NCBI GenBank assembly: GCA_049325335.1 | Contig: JBMOMC010000002.1 | Location: forward strand, 389,805-453,804 | Source of the DNA: Nitrospirota bacterium | GTDB lineage: Bacteria; Nitrospirota; Nitrospiria; 2-01-FULL-66-17 | Direction of reading: 5' to 3' | Length of the DNA: 64,000 nt | In this document: one piece after another, positions 12,025 through 24,768 of the stretch | Layout: each line of letters starts with the position of its first letter | How positions within the stretch are numbered: the stretch's first letter is position 1 | Program-made: the position numbers and the translations under genes | The notes under the pieces: generated by a model | Databases searched by the model: none | Told to the model about the DNA's origin: nothing | Seen by the model: the letters and a program-made list of their open reading frames with translations, nothing else

Positions 12025-12050
12025 CTTGCCCTCCGGCGAGCCGATATAAT
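12021..12050 (+). promoter_or_regulatory. Putative sigma70 promoter of the yicC operon
   Basis: TTGACT-18nt-TATAAT upstream of yicC. Confidence 0.5.
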
Positions 12051-12076
12051 CCACCGATCATTTCGCCGTCGCTCAT

Positions 12077-12952
12077 ATGATCGCCAGCATGACCGGATTT
12101 GGTCGGGCGGAAGCGCCCTTTGGCGACATGCGGGTGGCGGTCGAAGTCCGGTCGGTCAATCACCGATTTTGTGAGGTGGCCGCGCGTCTTCCCAAATTCC
12201 TCACGGCGTATGAAACCCGTTTCCGCAAGGTGGTCCAAGGCCGGGTCGCCCGAGGGCGGGTCGATCTGTCGGTCAATACGGGCGGAGACCACCCGACGAG
12301 GCGTATCGCCGTGGACGTGGACCTCGCGCGGCAGTATCAGCAGGCGTTCCGGACGCTCAAGGACCAGTTGGGCGTGCCGGGCGAGGTGTCGTTGGATCTG
12401 CTGATTTCGGCGCGCGACGTGCTGACGACCGCGGAGCCGGAACCCGATGTGGCGGGATTGGCCGACCACGTGGAAGGTCTGATCGGACGGGCTCTGGACG
12501 GGCTGGACGCCATGCGGAGACAGGAAGGCGAGAGTATTGCGGGGGACGTGACCGCGCGGTTGGGGCAGGTGGCGGCGACGTTGGACCGGGTGGCGGTCCG
12601 GGCGCCGAAGATCGCGCAGGAATACGCCGTGAAGCTCCGCGCGCGCGTGGCGTCGCTGGCCGGCGGCGTGGAGGTGGATCCGGCGCGTTTGGCGCAGGAA
12701 GTGGCGTTGTACGCCGAACGGTGCGACTATTCGGAGGAGGTGACGCGGATTCGCAGTCACCTCGGCCAGTTTGCGCAATCGCTTCAAGGCGGGGGCGAGG
12801 TCGGACGGTCCTTGGATTTTCTGACGCAGGAATTGAATCGGGAGATCAATACCATCGGGTCCAAAGCCAACGACGCGGACGTGGCGGCGGCGGTGGTGTC
12901 TCTCAAGAGCGAGTTGGAAAAGGTCCGCGAGCAGATTCAAAATATCGAGTGA
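12077..12952 (+). CDS. yicC: YicC/YloC family endoribonuclease
   Basis: SMTGFG, RSVNHRF, DFL.QE.NRE.NTIGSK, EQIQNIE. Confidence 0.95.
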   Translation: MIASMTGFGRAEAPFGDMRVAVEVRSVNHRFCEVAARLPKFLTAYETRFRKVVQGRVARGRVDLSVNTGGDHPTRRIAVDVDLARQYQQAFRTLKDQLGVPGEVSLDLLISARDVLTTAEPEPDVAGLADHVEGLIGRALDGLDAMRRQEGESIAGDVTARLGQVAATLDRVAVRAPKIAQEYAVKLRARVASLAGGVEVDPARLAQEVALYAERCDYSEEVTRIRSHLGQFAQSLQGGGEVGRSLDFLTQELNREINTIGSKANDADVAAAVVSLKSELEKVREQIQNIE

Positions 12953-12962
12953 TCGTGGGGGG

Positions 12963-13616
12963 ATGGTGACCACGGGACCGGTCGGCTCCAGCGAAGGCAA
13001 AGGGTTGTTGTTCGTGGTCTCCGCGCCGTCGGGGGCGGGGAAAACCACGTTGTGCCGCGAAGTCGCGAACCTGGTCCCGGGGTTGCGGCACTCGGTGTCG
13101 TACACCACCCGTAAACCGCGTCCGGGTGAAACGGACGGTCGGGACTACTTCTTCCTGGACGAAGGCGGGTTTCGCAAAAAAGCGGAACGCGGGGAGTTCA
13201 TCGAGTGGGCGGAAGTGCACGGCAATCTGTACGGCACGCCGTGGGACCAAATCCTCATGCACGGCGAACAAGGCGTGGATTTGATCCTGGATATCGACGC
13301 GCAGGGCGCGATGCAGCTCAAAAAAAAGGAGGTCGAGGGGGTCTACATATATATCCTCCCTCCGTCGTTCGAGGTGCTCAAGGCCCGGTTGATGGAGCGT
13401 AAGTCGGACACGCCCGAGGAAATCGCGCGTCGGTTGCGCAAAGCGCGCGAGGAAATTTGGAGCTATCGCGAGTATTATTACCTCATCATCAACGACGACG
13501 TGAAACGCGCGATGCTCGAACTGCAGTCGATCATCATCTCGGAACGGATCAAGATGAAACGCATGAATTTTTCGTGGATCGAAGACTCATTCATCAAGAA
13601 TAAGGAGGTGTTCTGA
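12963..13616 (+). CDS. gmk: Guanylate kinase
   Basis: SAPSGAGKTT, SYTTRKPRPGE.DG.DY.F, EWAEVHGN.YGT. Confidence 0.96.
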   Translation: MVTTGPVGSSEGKGLLFVVSAPSGAGKTTLCREVANLVPGLRHSVSYTTRKPRPGETDGRDYFFLDEGGFRKKAERGEFIEWAEVHGNLYGTPWDQILMHGEQGVDLILDIDAQGAMQLKKKEVEGVYIYILPPSFEVLKARLMERKSDTPEEIARRLRKAREEIWSYREYYYLIINDDVKRAMLELQSIIISERIKMKRMNFSWIEDSFIKNKEVF

Positions 13617-13617
13617 C

Positions 13618-13983
13618 GTGGAAATCATCGAACTCCCGATTAAGCTGGACGAAACGGCCCTGGACTCCCGCTACCGCATGGTGGTGATCGGCGCGCAGCG
13701 CGCCCGGCAACTGATGGAAGGCGCGCGCGCCAGCGAGCATACCAAGTACGCCAAGGCCACGACCGTGGCGTTGGAAGAGTTTCTGGCCGGCGAGCTCAGG
13801 TTCGTCACGGGCAAGGAGGCGCGTTTGGCCCAACGCGACGCGCGCAAGAAACGCGAGGAACTGATGCGGCGTCGCGCGTTGTTGGAGCGCGAAGAGGAAA
13901 TCAGCGCCGAGATCAAGAAAGACCTGTCGGTGTACATCGACGATTCGGCGCGGCGAGCCTCCGAGACGCCGGGGCCGGCCTAA
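13618..13983 (+). CDS. rpoZ: RNA polymerase omega subunit
   Basis: DSRYRMVV..AQRARQL, K.TTVALEE; gmk-rpoZ-coaBC synteny. Confidence 0.9.
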   Translation: MEIIELPIKLDETALDSRYRMVVIGAQRARQLMEGARASEHTKYAKATTVALEEFLAGELRFVTGKEARLAQRDARKKREELMRRRALLEREEEISAEIKKDLSVYIDDSARRASETPGPA

Positions 13984-13992
13984 CGTCACGGC

Positions 13993-15195
13993 ATGTTGAG
14001 CGGGCGACGCATCCTGTTGGGGGTCACGGGGAGCATCGCCGCGTATAAAGCGGTCTCGCTGTTGCGGCGGCTGACCGCGCTGGGCGCGGAGGTCACGGTC
14101 GTCATGACCGAGTCGGCCACGCGTTTCGTGGGCCCCCTGACCTTCCAGACCCTGTCCGGCCGCCCGGTCTACTACAACCTGTTCGAACCACGCGAAGAAA
14201 TCCTCCACCTCACCTTGGCCGACACGGCCGACGTGTTTGTGATCGCGCCGGCCACCGCCAACACGATCGCGAAGTTGGCCGCCGGCGCCGCGGACGATTT
14301 GCTGTCGGCCCTCGCGCTCGCGGCGCGCGGGCCGGTGGTGTTGGCGCCCGCCATGGACGCGGTGATGTGGGAACACCGGTTGGTGCAGCGCAATCTGGCC
14401 GCGTTGCGTGACGGCGGGATGACGGTGGTGCCTCCCGAGTCCGGTTCGTTGGCCTCCGGCCTGGTGGGCCCCGGGCGGTTGGCGTCGGAGGAGGCGATCA
14501 TCGCGGCGGTGACGGCTCGGTTGGGCGCCGGTGGGAACTGGTCCCGCGAACGCGTGGTGGTGACCGCCGGCCCGACCAGCGAGCCGATCGACCCGGTGCG
14601 CACGATTACCAACCGATCATCGGGGAAAATGGGGTACGCCGTGGCCGCGGCCGCGTCCAAGCGCGGCGCCGCGGTCACGTTGATCAGCGGGCCGACCCGG
14701 ATGGCGCCGCCGCCCGGCATGTCGGTGGTGTGGGTGGAGACCGCGGAGGAGATGCGGCGCGCGGTGCTCGATCACGTGGGCAAGGCCACCACCCTGATCA
14801 TGGCCGCGGCCGTGGCGGACTTCCGTCCGAAAACGATTCATCCCGAAAAAATGAAGAAGCGGGCCGCGCCGGTGACGCTGGAACTCGTGCCCACTGAAGA
14901 TATCCTGGCGGCGGTGGCGAATCGCCGGGGCGAGTTGTTCGTGGTGGGGTTCGCGGCGGAAACGGACCGAGTCATCGAACACGCGTCCGAGAAACTCAAG
15001 GCGAAGCGGTTGGATCTGATCGTGGCCAACGACGTGTCGATTCCGGGGATTGGATTCGGGGCGGATGCCAACGAGGTGATCCTGATCGACCGAACCGGCG
15101 CGGTCACGCCCCTCCCACGCCTTCCCAAGTCCGAGGTGGCGGAGCGGATCTTGGATCGCGTGGAATCGCTCCGCGCCCCGTCACCGGAACCATAG
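13993..15195 (+). CDS. coaBC: Phosphopantothenoylcysteine decarboxylase/ligase
   Basis: GVTGSIAAYK, APATAN, TAGPT.E.IDPVR..TN.SSGKMG, GFAAET. Confidence 0.96.
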   Translation: MLSGRRILLGVTGSIAAYKAVSLLRRLTALGAEVTVVMTESATRFVGPLTFQTLSGRPVYYNLFEPREEILHLTLADTADVFVIAPATANTIAKLAAGAADDLLSALALAARGPVVLAPAMDAVMWEHRLVQRNLAALRDGGMTVVPPESGSLASGLVGPGRLASEEAIIAAVTARLGAGGNWSRERVVVTAGPTSEPIDPVRTITNRSSGKMGYAVAAAASKRGAAVTLISGPTRMAPPPGMSVVWVETAEEMRRAVLDHVGKATTLIMAAAVADFRPKTIHPEKMKKRAAPVTLELVPTEDILAAVANRRGELFVVGFAAETDRVIEHASEKLKAKRLDLIVANDVSIPGIGFGADANEVILIDRTGAVTPLPRLPKSEVAERILDRVESLRAPSPEP

Positions 15196-15333
15196 CCCGG
15201 CGGGGCGGGCGTGACCCGAGTCCGACCGATCTGGTTGACTTTCTTCATGAAGTTGGTAAGATGAGGGCCGTTTCCCGCGGTCTCTGACGCACGAACCGCT
15301 CGTCACGGGATCCGAAACGCCAGGGAGGGCCGT

Positions 15334-16542
15334 TTGTCGAACACGAACGAAACCCGGTCGCCGGAACTCCAGAAACTCGAAGAAAAGCTTCGTAAAGACC
15401 CGACGAGTAAGCTGTTCTTCCCGTTGGCGGAAGAATACGCCAAGATCGGCCGGGTGGACGAAGCCATCGCGCTGTTGCGAACCGGCGTGAAGGCGCACCC
15501 GGACTTCTTGGGGGCGCGGGTGGCGCTGGGAAAAGCCTTGTTCAGGAAAGGCCTGCACGTCGAGGCCCGACAGGAATTCGAGCAGGTCATTGCCGCGAAC
15601 CCCGACAATCTGATGGCCCACAAGAAGTTGGCCGCGATCTACCTCAAGGACGGCGAGAGGGACAAAGCCCTGGCTTCGTGTGAGATCATCTTGGCGGTCA
15701 ACCGGGTTGATGCCGAGGTGTTGCGGCTCAAGGAAGAGATCAACCGGTTGCCGGATCAGGCGGCTGACGTCGAGCCAACCGTGGTGGCGCACGCCCCGCC
15801 GTCCGTCGAGGAGGCCACGCCATTACTCGAGGAGGCGGTCGAACCCACGGTCATCATGGCGCCCGTCGCCAGTGACTCCGATATTGCGGACGCCACGGAG
15901 ATCGTGTCGCGACCGGATGAACCGCCCAGGGCGGTGATGGAACCCACGGCCGAGGTGAGGGGGGACGAGTCGTGGGTGGAGCCGACCGTGGTGATGGAAC
16001 CCGCGGCCGAGGCGAGGGGAGGCGAGTCGTGGGTGGAGCCGACCGTGGTGATGGCGCCCGTTGCGAACGACTCCGATATCGCGGAAGCGACCGACGTGCG
16101 GTCGGTGTCGGGTGAACCACCGGTGACATCCGGGGTGTCGGACGAACCCGATGGGCACATCGCCGGCGAGCCGGGTAGTGATGATCTGGCCACGGTATCG
16201 CTGGCGGATCTCTACGTGGCGCAGGGCCATTACGACCAAGGCATCGCCATCTATCGACGGTTGTTGGAGCGGACGCCCGCGGATCACGACATGGCCGCGA
16301 AACTGGACAACGCGCTGACCTTGGCGCGGCTGTTGTCGCCGACGCCGGTGGACGCCGACGAGGTCAAGTCTGAAATCGTGTCCCAGGTCTTGGGCGGGGG
16401 AGACGACATGGGAATGCCGGTCGCGGAGGAGGTCGCGCAGCCCTCGGTGGTGGGCGCCGCGGCCGGGCCGTTGCGCCATCAGGCCGCGATTCACCGTCTC
16501 GAGCTGTGGTTGGCTCGCATCGCAGAAAGGCGTCATCGATGA
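15334..16542 (+). CDS. TPR protein with acidic repeat-rich linker
   Basis: F.PLAEEY.K.G..DEAI TPRs, LADLYVAQG TPR, RLE.WL C-terminus. Confidence 0.8.
   Translation: MSNTNETRSPELQKLEEKLRKDPTSKLFFPLAEEYAKIGRVDEAIALLRTGVKAHPDFLGARVALGKALFRKGLHVEARQEFEQVIAANPDNLMAHKKLAAIYLKDGERDKALASCEIILAVNRVDAEVLRLKEEINRLPDQAADVEPTVVAHAPPSVEEATPLLEEAVEPTVIMAPVASDSDIADATEIVSRPDEPPRAVMEPTAEVRGDESWVEPTVVMEPAAEARGGESWVEPTVVMAPVANDSDIAEATDVRSVSGEPPVTSGVSDEPDGHIAGEPGSDDLATVSLADLYVAQGHYDQGIAIYRRLLERTPADHDMAAKLDNALTLARLLSPTPVDADEVKSEIVSQVLGGGDDMGMPVAEEVAQPSVVGAAAGPLRHQAAIHRLELWLARIAERRHR
15937..16050 (+). repeat. In-frame 57-bp tandem repeat (2 copies) in the TPR gene
   Basis: ATGGAACCC.CGGCCGAGG.GAGGGG.G.CGAGTCGTGGGTGGAGCCGACCGTGGTG at 15937 and 15994. 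Confidence 0.85.
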
Positions 16543-16895
16543 ATCTTGCCGCGTCGCTGCAGTCGATTCTGAACGATATCGATGACGCCGAGGGCATCGC
16601 GTTGATCGGGCTCGACGGCATCATCGTCAACGAAGTGAAACGAACGCCGGGAATAGACCTCAACACGCTCGCGGCCGAATACTGTGGGTTGTGGCGCGAG
16701 ATGGATCGCGTGTCGGGCGGATTGTCGTTCGGGGCGACCGAGGAGTGTTCGATCGCCAGCGAGGGGCGGACGTTGTTGTTTCGACGCGTGACCCCGGAAT
16801 ATTTTCTCGCCTTGTCGATGGGCCGAAACGCCAACGCCGGCAAGGGCCGGTTCCTGCTGCGATACGCCGCGCCCCAACTGGCCAGGGAACTGTGA
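16539..16895 (+). CDS. Roadblock/LC7 (MglB-like) protein
   Basis: IALIGLDGI, G.GRFLLR; ATGA overlap with the TPR gene. Confidence 0.8.
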   Translation: MNLAASLQSILNDIDDAEGIALIGLDGIIVNEVKRTPGIDLNTLAAEYCGLWREMDRVSGGLSFGATEECSIASEGRTLLFRRVTPEYFLALSMGRNANAGKGRFLLRYAAPQLAREL

Positions 16896-17383
16896 CCGCT
16901 CGCCTCGCGCGGAGGCGGCTGCCGCGGATTCTCGTGTTGCACGGCCCGAATCTCAATCTCCTCGGCGTTCGGGAGCCCGATCTCTACGGCGTTCGTTCGT
17001 TGAAGGACGTCAACGAGATGATCCGCGCGGCGGCCAAAAACGCGGGGGCCGAGGTGGAGATCCGCCAGTCCAACCATGAGGGGGAGTTGGTGGCGTGGAT
17101 TCAGGACGCCGGGGATCGGTTCGACGCCGTGGTGCTCAACGCCGCGGCCTACACCCATACTAGTATCGCGATCCGTGACGCGATCGCGGCGGTGCGTATC
17201 CCCACCGTCGACGTGCACCTGTCCAATATTCACGCCCGGGAACCGTTCCGCCGCCACTCGCACATTGCGGAAGTGGCGGTCGGTCAGGTCAGCGGCTTCG
17301 GCGCCCACAGCTACGCGCTCGGCATCGAGGCCGCGGTTCATTATCTCCGAAATCGTTCCAACGGCCCCGCGTCCGGGGTCTGA
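16892..17383 (+). CDS. aroQ: Type II 3-dehydroquinate dehydratase
   Basis: LHGPNLNLLG.REP..YG, QSNHEG, N.AAYTHTSIA, HLSNIHARE.FR. Confidence 0.95.
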   Translation: MTARLARRRLPRILVLHGPNLNLLGVREPDLYGVRSLKDVNEMIRAAAKNAGAEVEIRQSNHEGELVAWIQDAGDRFDAVVLNAAAYTHTSIAIRDAIAAVRIPTVDVHLSNIHAREPFRRHSHIAEVAVGQVSGFGAHSYALGIEAAVHYLRNRSNGPASGV

Positions 17384-17428
17384 CCGATTCGGTCGCATCA
17401 GCGCGTTGCGCATGAAGGAGACGAGTCA

Positions 17429-17995
17429 GTGATTGTCACAACCGATTTTCGCAATGGTTTGAAACTGGAAGTGGACGGCGAACCCATGGAAATCATCGAT
17501 TACCAGCACGTGAAACCGGGCAAGGGCGGGGCGTTCGTTCGCACCAAGATGCGCAATCTCAAAACCGGCAACGTGTTGGAGCGCACGTTTCGATCGGGCG
17601 AGAAATTCGAAGACCCGCAGGTCCAAGAGCGGAAAATGCAGTACCTCTATCTCCAAGACGGGAACTACCACTTCATGGACACGGATTCGTACGAACAGTT
17701 GTTTCTGTCCAAGGAGCAGATGGGAGACTCGTGGCAGTTTCTCAAGGAGAACATGGAGGTCGATATCCTGTTTTGCAAAGGCAAGCCGCTCGGCGTCAGC
17801 TTGCCATTGTTCGTGGAGTTGGCGATCGTAGACACGGCGCCGGGCATCCGGGGCGACACTGCAACCGGCGGCACCAAGCCCGCCACGCTCGAGTCCGGCG
17901 GGGTCGTGAAGGTGCCCTTTCACATCGGGCCGGGGACCGTCATCAAAGTCGATACCCGGACCAAAGCGTACGTCGAGCGGGTCAAGGGGCCATGA
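17429..17995 (+). CDS. efp: Elongation factor P
   Basis: [25 protein letters not shown]. Confidence 0.97.
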   Translation: MIVTTDFRNGLKLEVDGEPMEIIDYQHVKPGKGGAFVRTKMRNLKTGNVLERTFRSGEKFEDPQVQERKMQYLYLQDGNYHFMDTDSYEQLFLSKEQMGDSWQFLKENMEVDILFCKGKPLGVSLPLFVELAIVDTAPGIRGDTATGGTKPATLESGGVVKVPFHIGPGTVIKVDTRTKAYVERVKGP

Positions 17996-18450
17996 ATCTT
18001 CGCGAGATCAAAGAACTCATTGATTTGGTCAAAACCAGCGAGTTGACCGAACTGGAGTGGGAGCGATCCGGCGTGCGCGTCCGAATCTGCCGCGCGCCGG
18101 CGCCGATCGTGCGGCACTTGGCATCGGAGGGCGCGGTCGTCGCGGGGAATGTGCCGCAGGGCGCGCCGGCCGGGGAGGCGGGCGACGCCGCCTCCGCGAA
18201 GGAAGCGAGCGGAGTGGCCATCCGTTCGCCGATCGTCGGGACCTTCTACCGCGCCGCATCGCCCGAGGCCCCTCCCTACGTGGAAGTCGGCGACCGCGTT
18301 CGCCGAGGGCAGATCCTGTGCATCGTGGAGGCCATGAAGCTCCTGAATGAAATCGAGTCGGAGGTTGACGGCGTGGTCGCGGAGATTTTGATCGAAAACG
18401 CGCGGCCGGTCGAGTATGGCGAGGTCCTCTTCCGCATCGAGCCCACTTGA
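17992..18450 (+). CDS. accB: Acetyl-CoA carboxylase biotin carboxyl carrier protein
   Basis: [13 protein letters not shown] biotinylation motif. Confidence 0.95.
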   Translation: MNLREIKELIDLVKTSELTELEWERSGVRVRICRAPAPIVRHLASEGAVVAGNVPQGAPAGEAGDAASAKEASGVAIRSPIVGTFYRAASPEAPPYVEVGDRVRRGQILCIVEAMKLLNEIESEVDGVVAEILIENARPVEYGEVLFRIEPT

Positions 18451-18574
18451 GAGCCTGGCGATGAACGGTCATCTGCGGCGTTGTCGCTGCGCTTCGGGTG
18501 CTCACGTACACACGGAGTACGCTCCGATCCGGTGCTCGCTCCGCCTTGCATCTGACGCGTTCCTCACCAGGCTC
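18451..18574. repeat. Palindromic intergenic repeat (MITE-like), copy 1
   Basis: GAGCCTGG...CCAGGCTC ends; shares CATCTGCGGCGTTG and GCCTTGCATCTG with 19981-20117. Confidence 0.7.
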
Positions 18575-18613
18575 CGAGGGTAGTGCCCTCGGAACAGAAG
18601 AAAAAAGAGAAGA

Positions 18614-19978
18614 ATGGCGGGGCTATTTAAAAAGATATTGATTGCCAACCGCGGCGAGATTGCGCTGCGGATCATTCGTTCCTGTCGCGATCTCGGCATC
18701 CAGACCGTGGTGGCTTACTCCGAGGCCGACGCCGAGAGCCTGCCCGTTCAACTCGCCGACCAACGAGTGTGTATCGGCCCGCCGGACGCGGGGTTGAGTT
18801 ACCGAAACATTCCGAACATCTTGAGCGCGGCCGAGATCACGGGCGCCGAAGCGATCCATCCCGGGTATGGATTTTTGGCTGAAAACGCCCAGTTTGCCGA
18901 GGCGTGTGAAGCGGCCGGCCTCAAATTTATCGGGCCGTCGCCCGAGAGCATCGCGCTGATGGGCGACAAGGCCAAGGCGCGCGAGTTGATGATCAAGCAT
19001 GGGGTGCCCGTGATCCCCGGCAGCACGGGCGCGGTGCGCGACGAAGCGGACGCGCGCGAGACGGCCAAGCGCATCGGGTATCCCGTGATCGTCAAGGCCT
19101 CCGCGGGCGGCGGCGGGCGGGGGATGCGCGTGGTGAACCAGGAGGACGATCTCCTCAAGGCCCTACAGACCGCGCAGACCGAGGCCAAGTCCGCGTTCGG
19201 CGACGACTCGGTGTATCTGGAGAAGTATTTCATCGATCCGCGGCACATTGAAGTTCAGATCCTGGCCGACAAGAAGGGCCATACGATCGCGTTGGGCGAA
19301 CGGGATTGCTCCATCCAACGGCGGCATCAAAAGCTGCTCGAAGAGTCGCCCTCGCCGGCCGTCAGCCCGGAGTTGCGACGCGAGATGATGAAGGTGGCGA
19401 TCGACGCAGTTAAGGCCGCCAAGTACGTCAACACCGGAACGGTCGAGTTCTTGTTGGATAAACATCAGCGGTTCTACTTCATCGAAATGAACACCCGGAT
19501 TCAGGTGGAGCACCCCGTGACCGAAATGGTCGTGGATATGGACCTGATCAAAGAACAGATCATGGTCGCGTCGGGCCGCCCGCTCGCGATCAAACAGCGG
19601 GACGTGAAGCTGCGCGGCCACGCCATCGAATGCCGGATCAACGCAGAGGACCCGGAGCGCTTCACCCCGTCGCCCGGGACTATCTCGGTGTACCACGTGC
19701 CCGGCGGGCCCGGCGTGCGCGTGGATTCCGCGGCGTACCCAGGGTGCGTAATCTCGCCCCACTACGATTCCCTGGTAGCCAAGGTGATCGTCACCGGGGA
19801 GACGCGGTTGGAGGCCATTGCCCGGATGAAACGCGCGCTCGCGGAGTTTCGAATCGAAGGCATCAAAACCACGATCCCGCTGCAACGGCGGATTATGGAC
19901 GACCCGAATTTCATCAAGGGCAAGTTCTCCACGGGGTTTCTGGAACGGTTCCTGTCGGCCGACGAACCGGCCGCGTAG
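18614..19978 (+). CDS. accC: Acetyl-CoA carboxylase biotin carboxylase
   Basis: [38 protein letters not shown]. Confidence 0.97.
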   Translation: MAGLFKKILIANRGEIALRIIRSCRDLGIQTVVAYSEADAESLPVQLADQRVCIGPPDAGLSYRNIPNILSAAEITGAEAIHPGYGFLAENAQFAEACEAAGLKFIGPSPESIALMGDKAKARELMIKHGVPVIPGSTGAVRDEADARETAKRIGYPVIVKASAGGGGRGMRVVNQEDDLLKALQTAQTEAKSAFGDDSVYLEKYFIDPRHIEVQILADKKGHTIALGERDCSIQRRHQKLLEESPSPAVSPELRREMMKVAIDAVKAAKYVNTGTVEFLLDKHQRFYFIEMNTRIQVEHPVTEMVVDMDLIKEQIMVASGRPLAIKQRDVKLRGHAIECRINAEDPERFTPSPGTISVYHVPGGPGVRVDSAAYPGCVISPHYDSLVAKVIVTGETRLEAIARMKRALAEFRIEGIKTTIPLQRRIMDDPNFIKGKFSTGFLERFLSADEPAA

Positions 19979-19980
19979 CC

Positions 19981-20117
19981 GCCTGTCCATGAGCGGGCAT
20001 CTGCGGCGTTGTCCCTGCGCGTCCGCTCCTCACGGTTTTCGTAGGGGCGTACGGCCGTACGCCCCCTACACGTGCGGGCGCTCGGTCTGCCTTGCATCTG
20101 CCCGCTCCTGAACAGGC
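19981..20117. repeat. Palindromic intergenic repeat copy 2, with nested GTAG-type REP (20041-20069)
   Basis: GCCTGT...ACAGGC ends; GTAGGGGCGTACGGCCGTACGCCCCCTAC hairpin inside. Confidence 0.7.
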
Positions 20118-20157
20118 TTACTTGCCGCTGGGTTCAAATTGGTGAACGAGTCCTAGG

Positions 20158-20769
20158 GTGTTTACTTCGCCGCTGTACTGGATCGCCGACGCCTCGTTGG
20201 TCGGCGATCGGCCGCTCGTTGAATTGGCCGAATCAGCGATCGCGGCGGGTCTGCGCGTCGTGCAATATCGCGACAAGACGCGGTCACAACGCGACCGGTA
20301 CCCCATCGCCCTTACGCTCGCCGACGTGGCCCGCCGAACGGGTTCAACGTTGTTGATCAACGACGACATCGATCTGGCGCTGGCGGTCGAGGCCCACGGC
20401 GTACACCTGGGGCAAGACGATTTCCCGGTCGCCGAGGCCCGTCGGATCCTGGGCCGGAATATGCTCATCGGCTGCTCCGCGCACACTATTGAGCAAGCCG
20501 TTGCCGCGGAAGCGGACGGCGCGGATTATCTCGGGGTGGGGCCGATCTACGAGTCGACGACCAAGATGGCGCGCGCGCCCCTGGGGTGCGATCAGCTCCG
20601 AGACATCTGCCGCGCGGTGACGATTCCCGTCTACGCGATCGGAGGCATCACGGTGGAGCGGTGCGGCGACGTGCTGGCGGCCGGGGCCCGGGGCGTTGCC
20701 GTGGCGTCGGGGTTGCTCCCGCGCATCGACGAGCAATCCGCCGCCTTCCTGAAGGCGTTGGAAGCCTGA
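20158..20769 (+). CDS. thiE: Thiamine phosphate synthase
   Basis: QYRDK, INDDIDLA, GVHLGQDD, ADYLGVGPI..S.TK, AIGGI. Confidence 0.93.
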   Translation: MFTSPLYWIADASLVGDRPLVELAESAIAAGLRVVQYRDKTRSQRDRYPIALTLADVARRTGSTLLINDDIDLALAVEAHGVHLGQDDFPVAEARRILGRNMLIGCSAHTIEQAVAAEADGADYLGVGPIYESTTKMARAPLGCDQLRDICRAVTIPVYAIGGITVERCGDVLAAGARGVAVASGLLPRIDEQSAAFLKALEA

Positions 20770-20802
20770 CGGTCTTGACAACCCAGAACAGGCCCGCCTA
20801 GC

Positions 20803-22521
<1,719 letters not shown>

Positions 22522-23689
22522 GGGCCGACAACGCGAGGGTCAGGTCATCCGGCGCGTGCGTGGCGAGGACCGATGTCCTGAGGCGGGCCGTGCCCGCCGG
22601 AACCGTGGGCGGCCGGATCGCGGGCGCGTAGACGCCCTCATCCGCCAACGCCGCCGCCACGCGCAGGGCCAGGCGGTCGTCGCCGATTCGCAGCGGGACG
22701 ATGGGCGAGGCGCTGCCGAACGTGTCGAACCCCAGGCCCCGTACACCGTGACGCCAGTGACGCGTGTTGGCCCACAGGCGCTCGCGTCGGTCCGGCTCGT
22801 CGCGGAGCACGTCAATCGCTTCGAGCGCGGCGGCCGCGATTGCGGACGGGAGCGCGGTGGTGTAGATGAACGTGCGCGCGCGATTGAGCACGTAGTCGAT
22901 GAGCACTCGCGGTCCGGCCACGAACCCGCCCAGCGCGCCGAGCGCCTTGCTCAGGGTCCCCGTCTGGACGATGGGCCGATCGCGCAGGCTCCAGTGTTCC
23001 GACGATCCCGCGCCGCTCGATCCGAACACCCCGGTGGCGTGGGCGTCGTCCACCAGTAACAAGGCGTCGCGGCGTTCAGCCAAACTCGCCAGGTCGGGCA
23101 GGGGAGCGAGGTCTCCCTCCATGCTGAATACGCTGTCGGTGACGATCAGCGTGCGGCGGGCGGCCGTCCGTCGCGCCAGCACCGCGTCCACCTGATCCAG
23201 CCGGTCGCGCCGGTACACCCGAAATCGCGCGCCGCTTGCGCGGCAGCCGTCGATGAGGCTGGCGTGGCAATCTCGGTCCGCCAGGATCAGGTCGCCGCGT
23301 CCCACCAGCGACGCAATGACGCCCACGTTGGCCTGATACCCGGTGGGAAATACCAATGCGGCGTCGGTGCCTTTGAGCCGCGCCAATGCCGATTCGAGTT
23401 GGTCGTGGGTCGCGCGATCACCGGTCAGCAGGCGCGACGCGCCCGCGCCGACGCCGTCGCGTTCGATCGCGCGAATCGCCGCGGCTTTGACGCGCGGATG
23501 CTCCGCGAGTCCCAGATAGTTGTTCGAGCCGAAGTTGATCAAGGACCGGCCGGTACGAGTGAGGCGCGGTCCGGCTCCGCCTTCGGTCGGGTGGATTGTC
23601 CGGAGCCGGTCCGCGCAGCGGATCCGTTCAAGTTCCGCCCGGAACGGGGCGAACGGGTCCGGAACCGCGATGGGAGGGGATGGGCGCAT

Positions 23690-23995
23690 TCAGGCCGGTT
23701 CGATCACGCAGCGAAACGGGAATCCCGCGGCGTTCGCCGCGGCATGGACCTGGGCCTGCTTCAGCTCCGCTTGCTCGATCGGCAGGGTGGCGACGTGCGC
23801 CGCGCCGGTGGTGTGCACTTCCCACATCAGCCGCGCCGCCGTGGCCGAGTCCTTCTGGAACACATGCGTCAACACGTGCACGACGAACTCCATCGTGGTC
23901 ACCGGGTCGTTCAAGAAAATGACTTTATACGGCGGGATGAGCTCGACCGTCGAGTCAACCTCGCGTTCGGGCAGTACGGGCGCGGACGCGGCCAT
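23690..23995 (-). CDS. clpS: Clp protease adaptor ClpS
   Basis: YKVIFLND..TTMEFVV.VL, M.EVH..G, FP.RC.IE. Confidence 0.9.
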   Translation of the reverse strand: MAASAPVLPEREVDSTVELIPPYKVIFLNDPVTTMEFVVHVLTHVFQKDSATAARLMWEVHTTGAAHVATLPIEQAELKQAQVHAAANAAGFPFRCVIEPA

Positions 23996-24254
23996 ACGCA
24001 GGTGGTACCACAACCGCGAATCACCGGTCAAAGTAAATGTCCGGGTCCAACGGCGCCGCCGATCGTCCGATGTCGACGGCCGCGAGTTGATTCAGTCGAG
24101 GCGTTTCCTCGATAATACGCGTGTTCACGCGGCCGCGAGTGCGTGTCGCGGCTGACGTATGTGGAACGCGCGGTCGATGCGGTTGTATCCGTGAGGGATG
24201 GGAAGGGGCGCGGAGGCCTTTCCGTCCAGGTTGTGATTAACCAAGGGAGGCGTC

Positions 24255-24680
24255 ATGGCAAAGAATCTTCAGGGCAGTAAGACGTTGGCGAATTTAAAAG
24301 AAGGCTTCGCGGGGGAATCGCAGGCCAATCGGCGGTACCTGTATTTTGCGCGCAAGGCTGACATTGAGGGGTACCCGGACGTGGCGGGCGTGTTCCGCGA
24401 TACCGCGGAAGGCGAGACGGGCCACGCGTTCGGGCACTTTGACTTCATGGCTGTGATCGGCGATCCGGTGACCGGCGTGCCGGTCGGGGACACCGATAAG
24501 AACCTCAAATCCGCCATCGAAGGCGAAACCTACGAATACACGCAAATGTACCCGGGGTTCGCCAAAGCCGCCCGCGAGGAGGGGTTTGAGGAAATTTCCG
24601 AGTGGTTTGAAACCCTGGCGCGCGCGGAAAAATCCCACGCCGGTCGCTTCCAAAAAGCGCTCGATAGCCTGAAAAAATAA
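24255..24680 (+). CDS. Rubrerythrin (short form, no rubredoxin domain)
   Basis: [35 protein letters not shown]. Confidence 0.93.
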   Translation: MAKNLQGSKTLANLKEGFAGESQANRRYLYFARKADIEGYPDVAGVFRDTAEGETGHAFGHFDFMAVIGDPVTGVPVGDTDKNLKSAIEGETYEYTQMYPGFAKAAREEGFEEISEWFETLARAEKSHAGRFQKALDSLKK

Positions 24681-24768
24681 CGGGCTGACCGACAAGGACG
24701 TGTCTTGACGAGGGGGCGCGGACCGGAACCACGGTCCGCGCCGCCATCACGCGAGGGGCCATGGAGGC

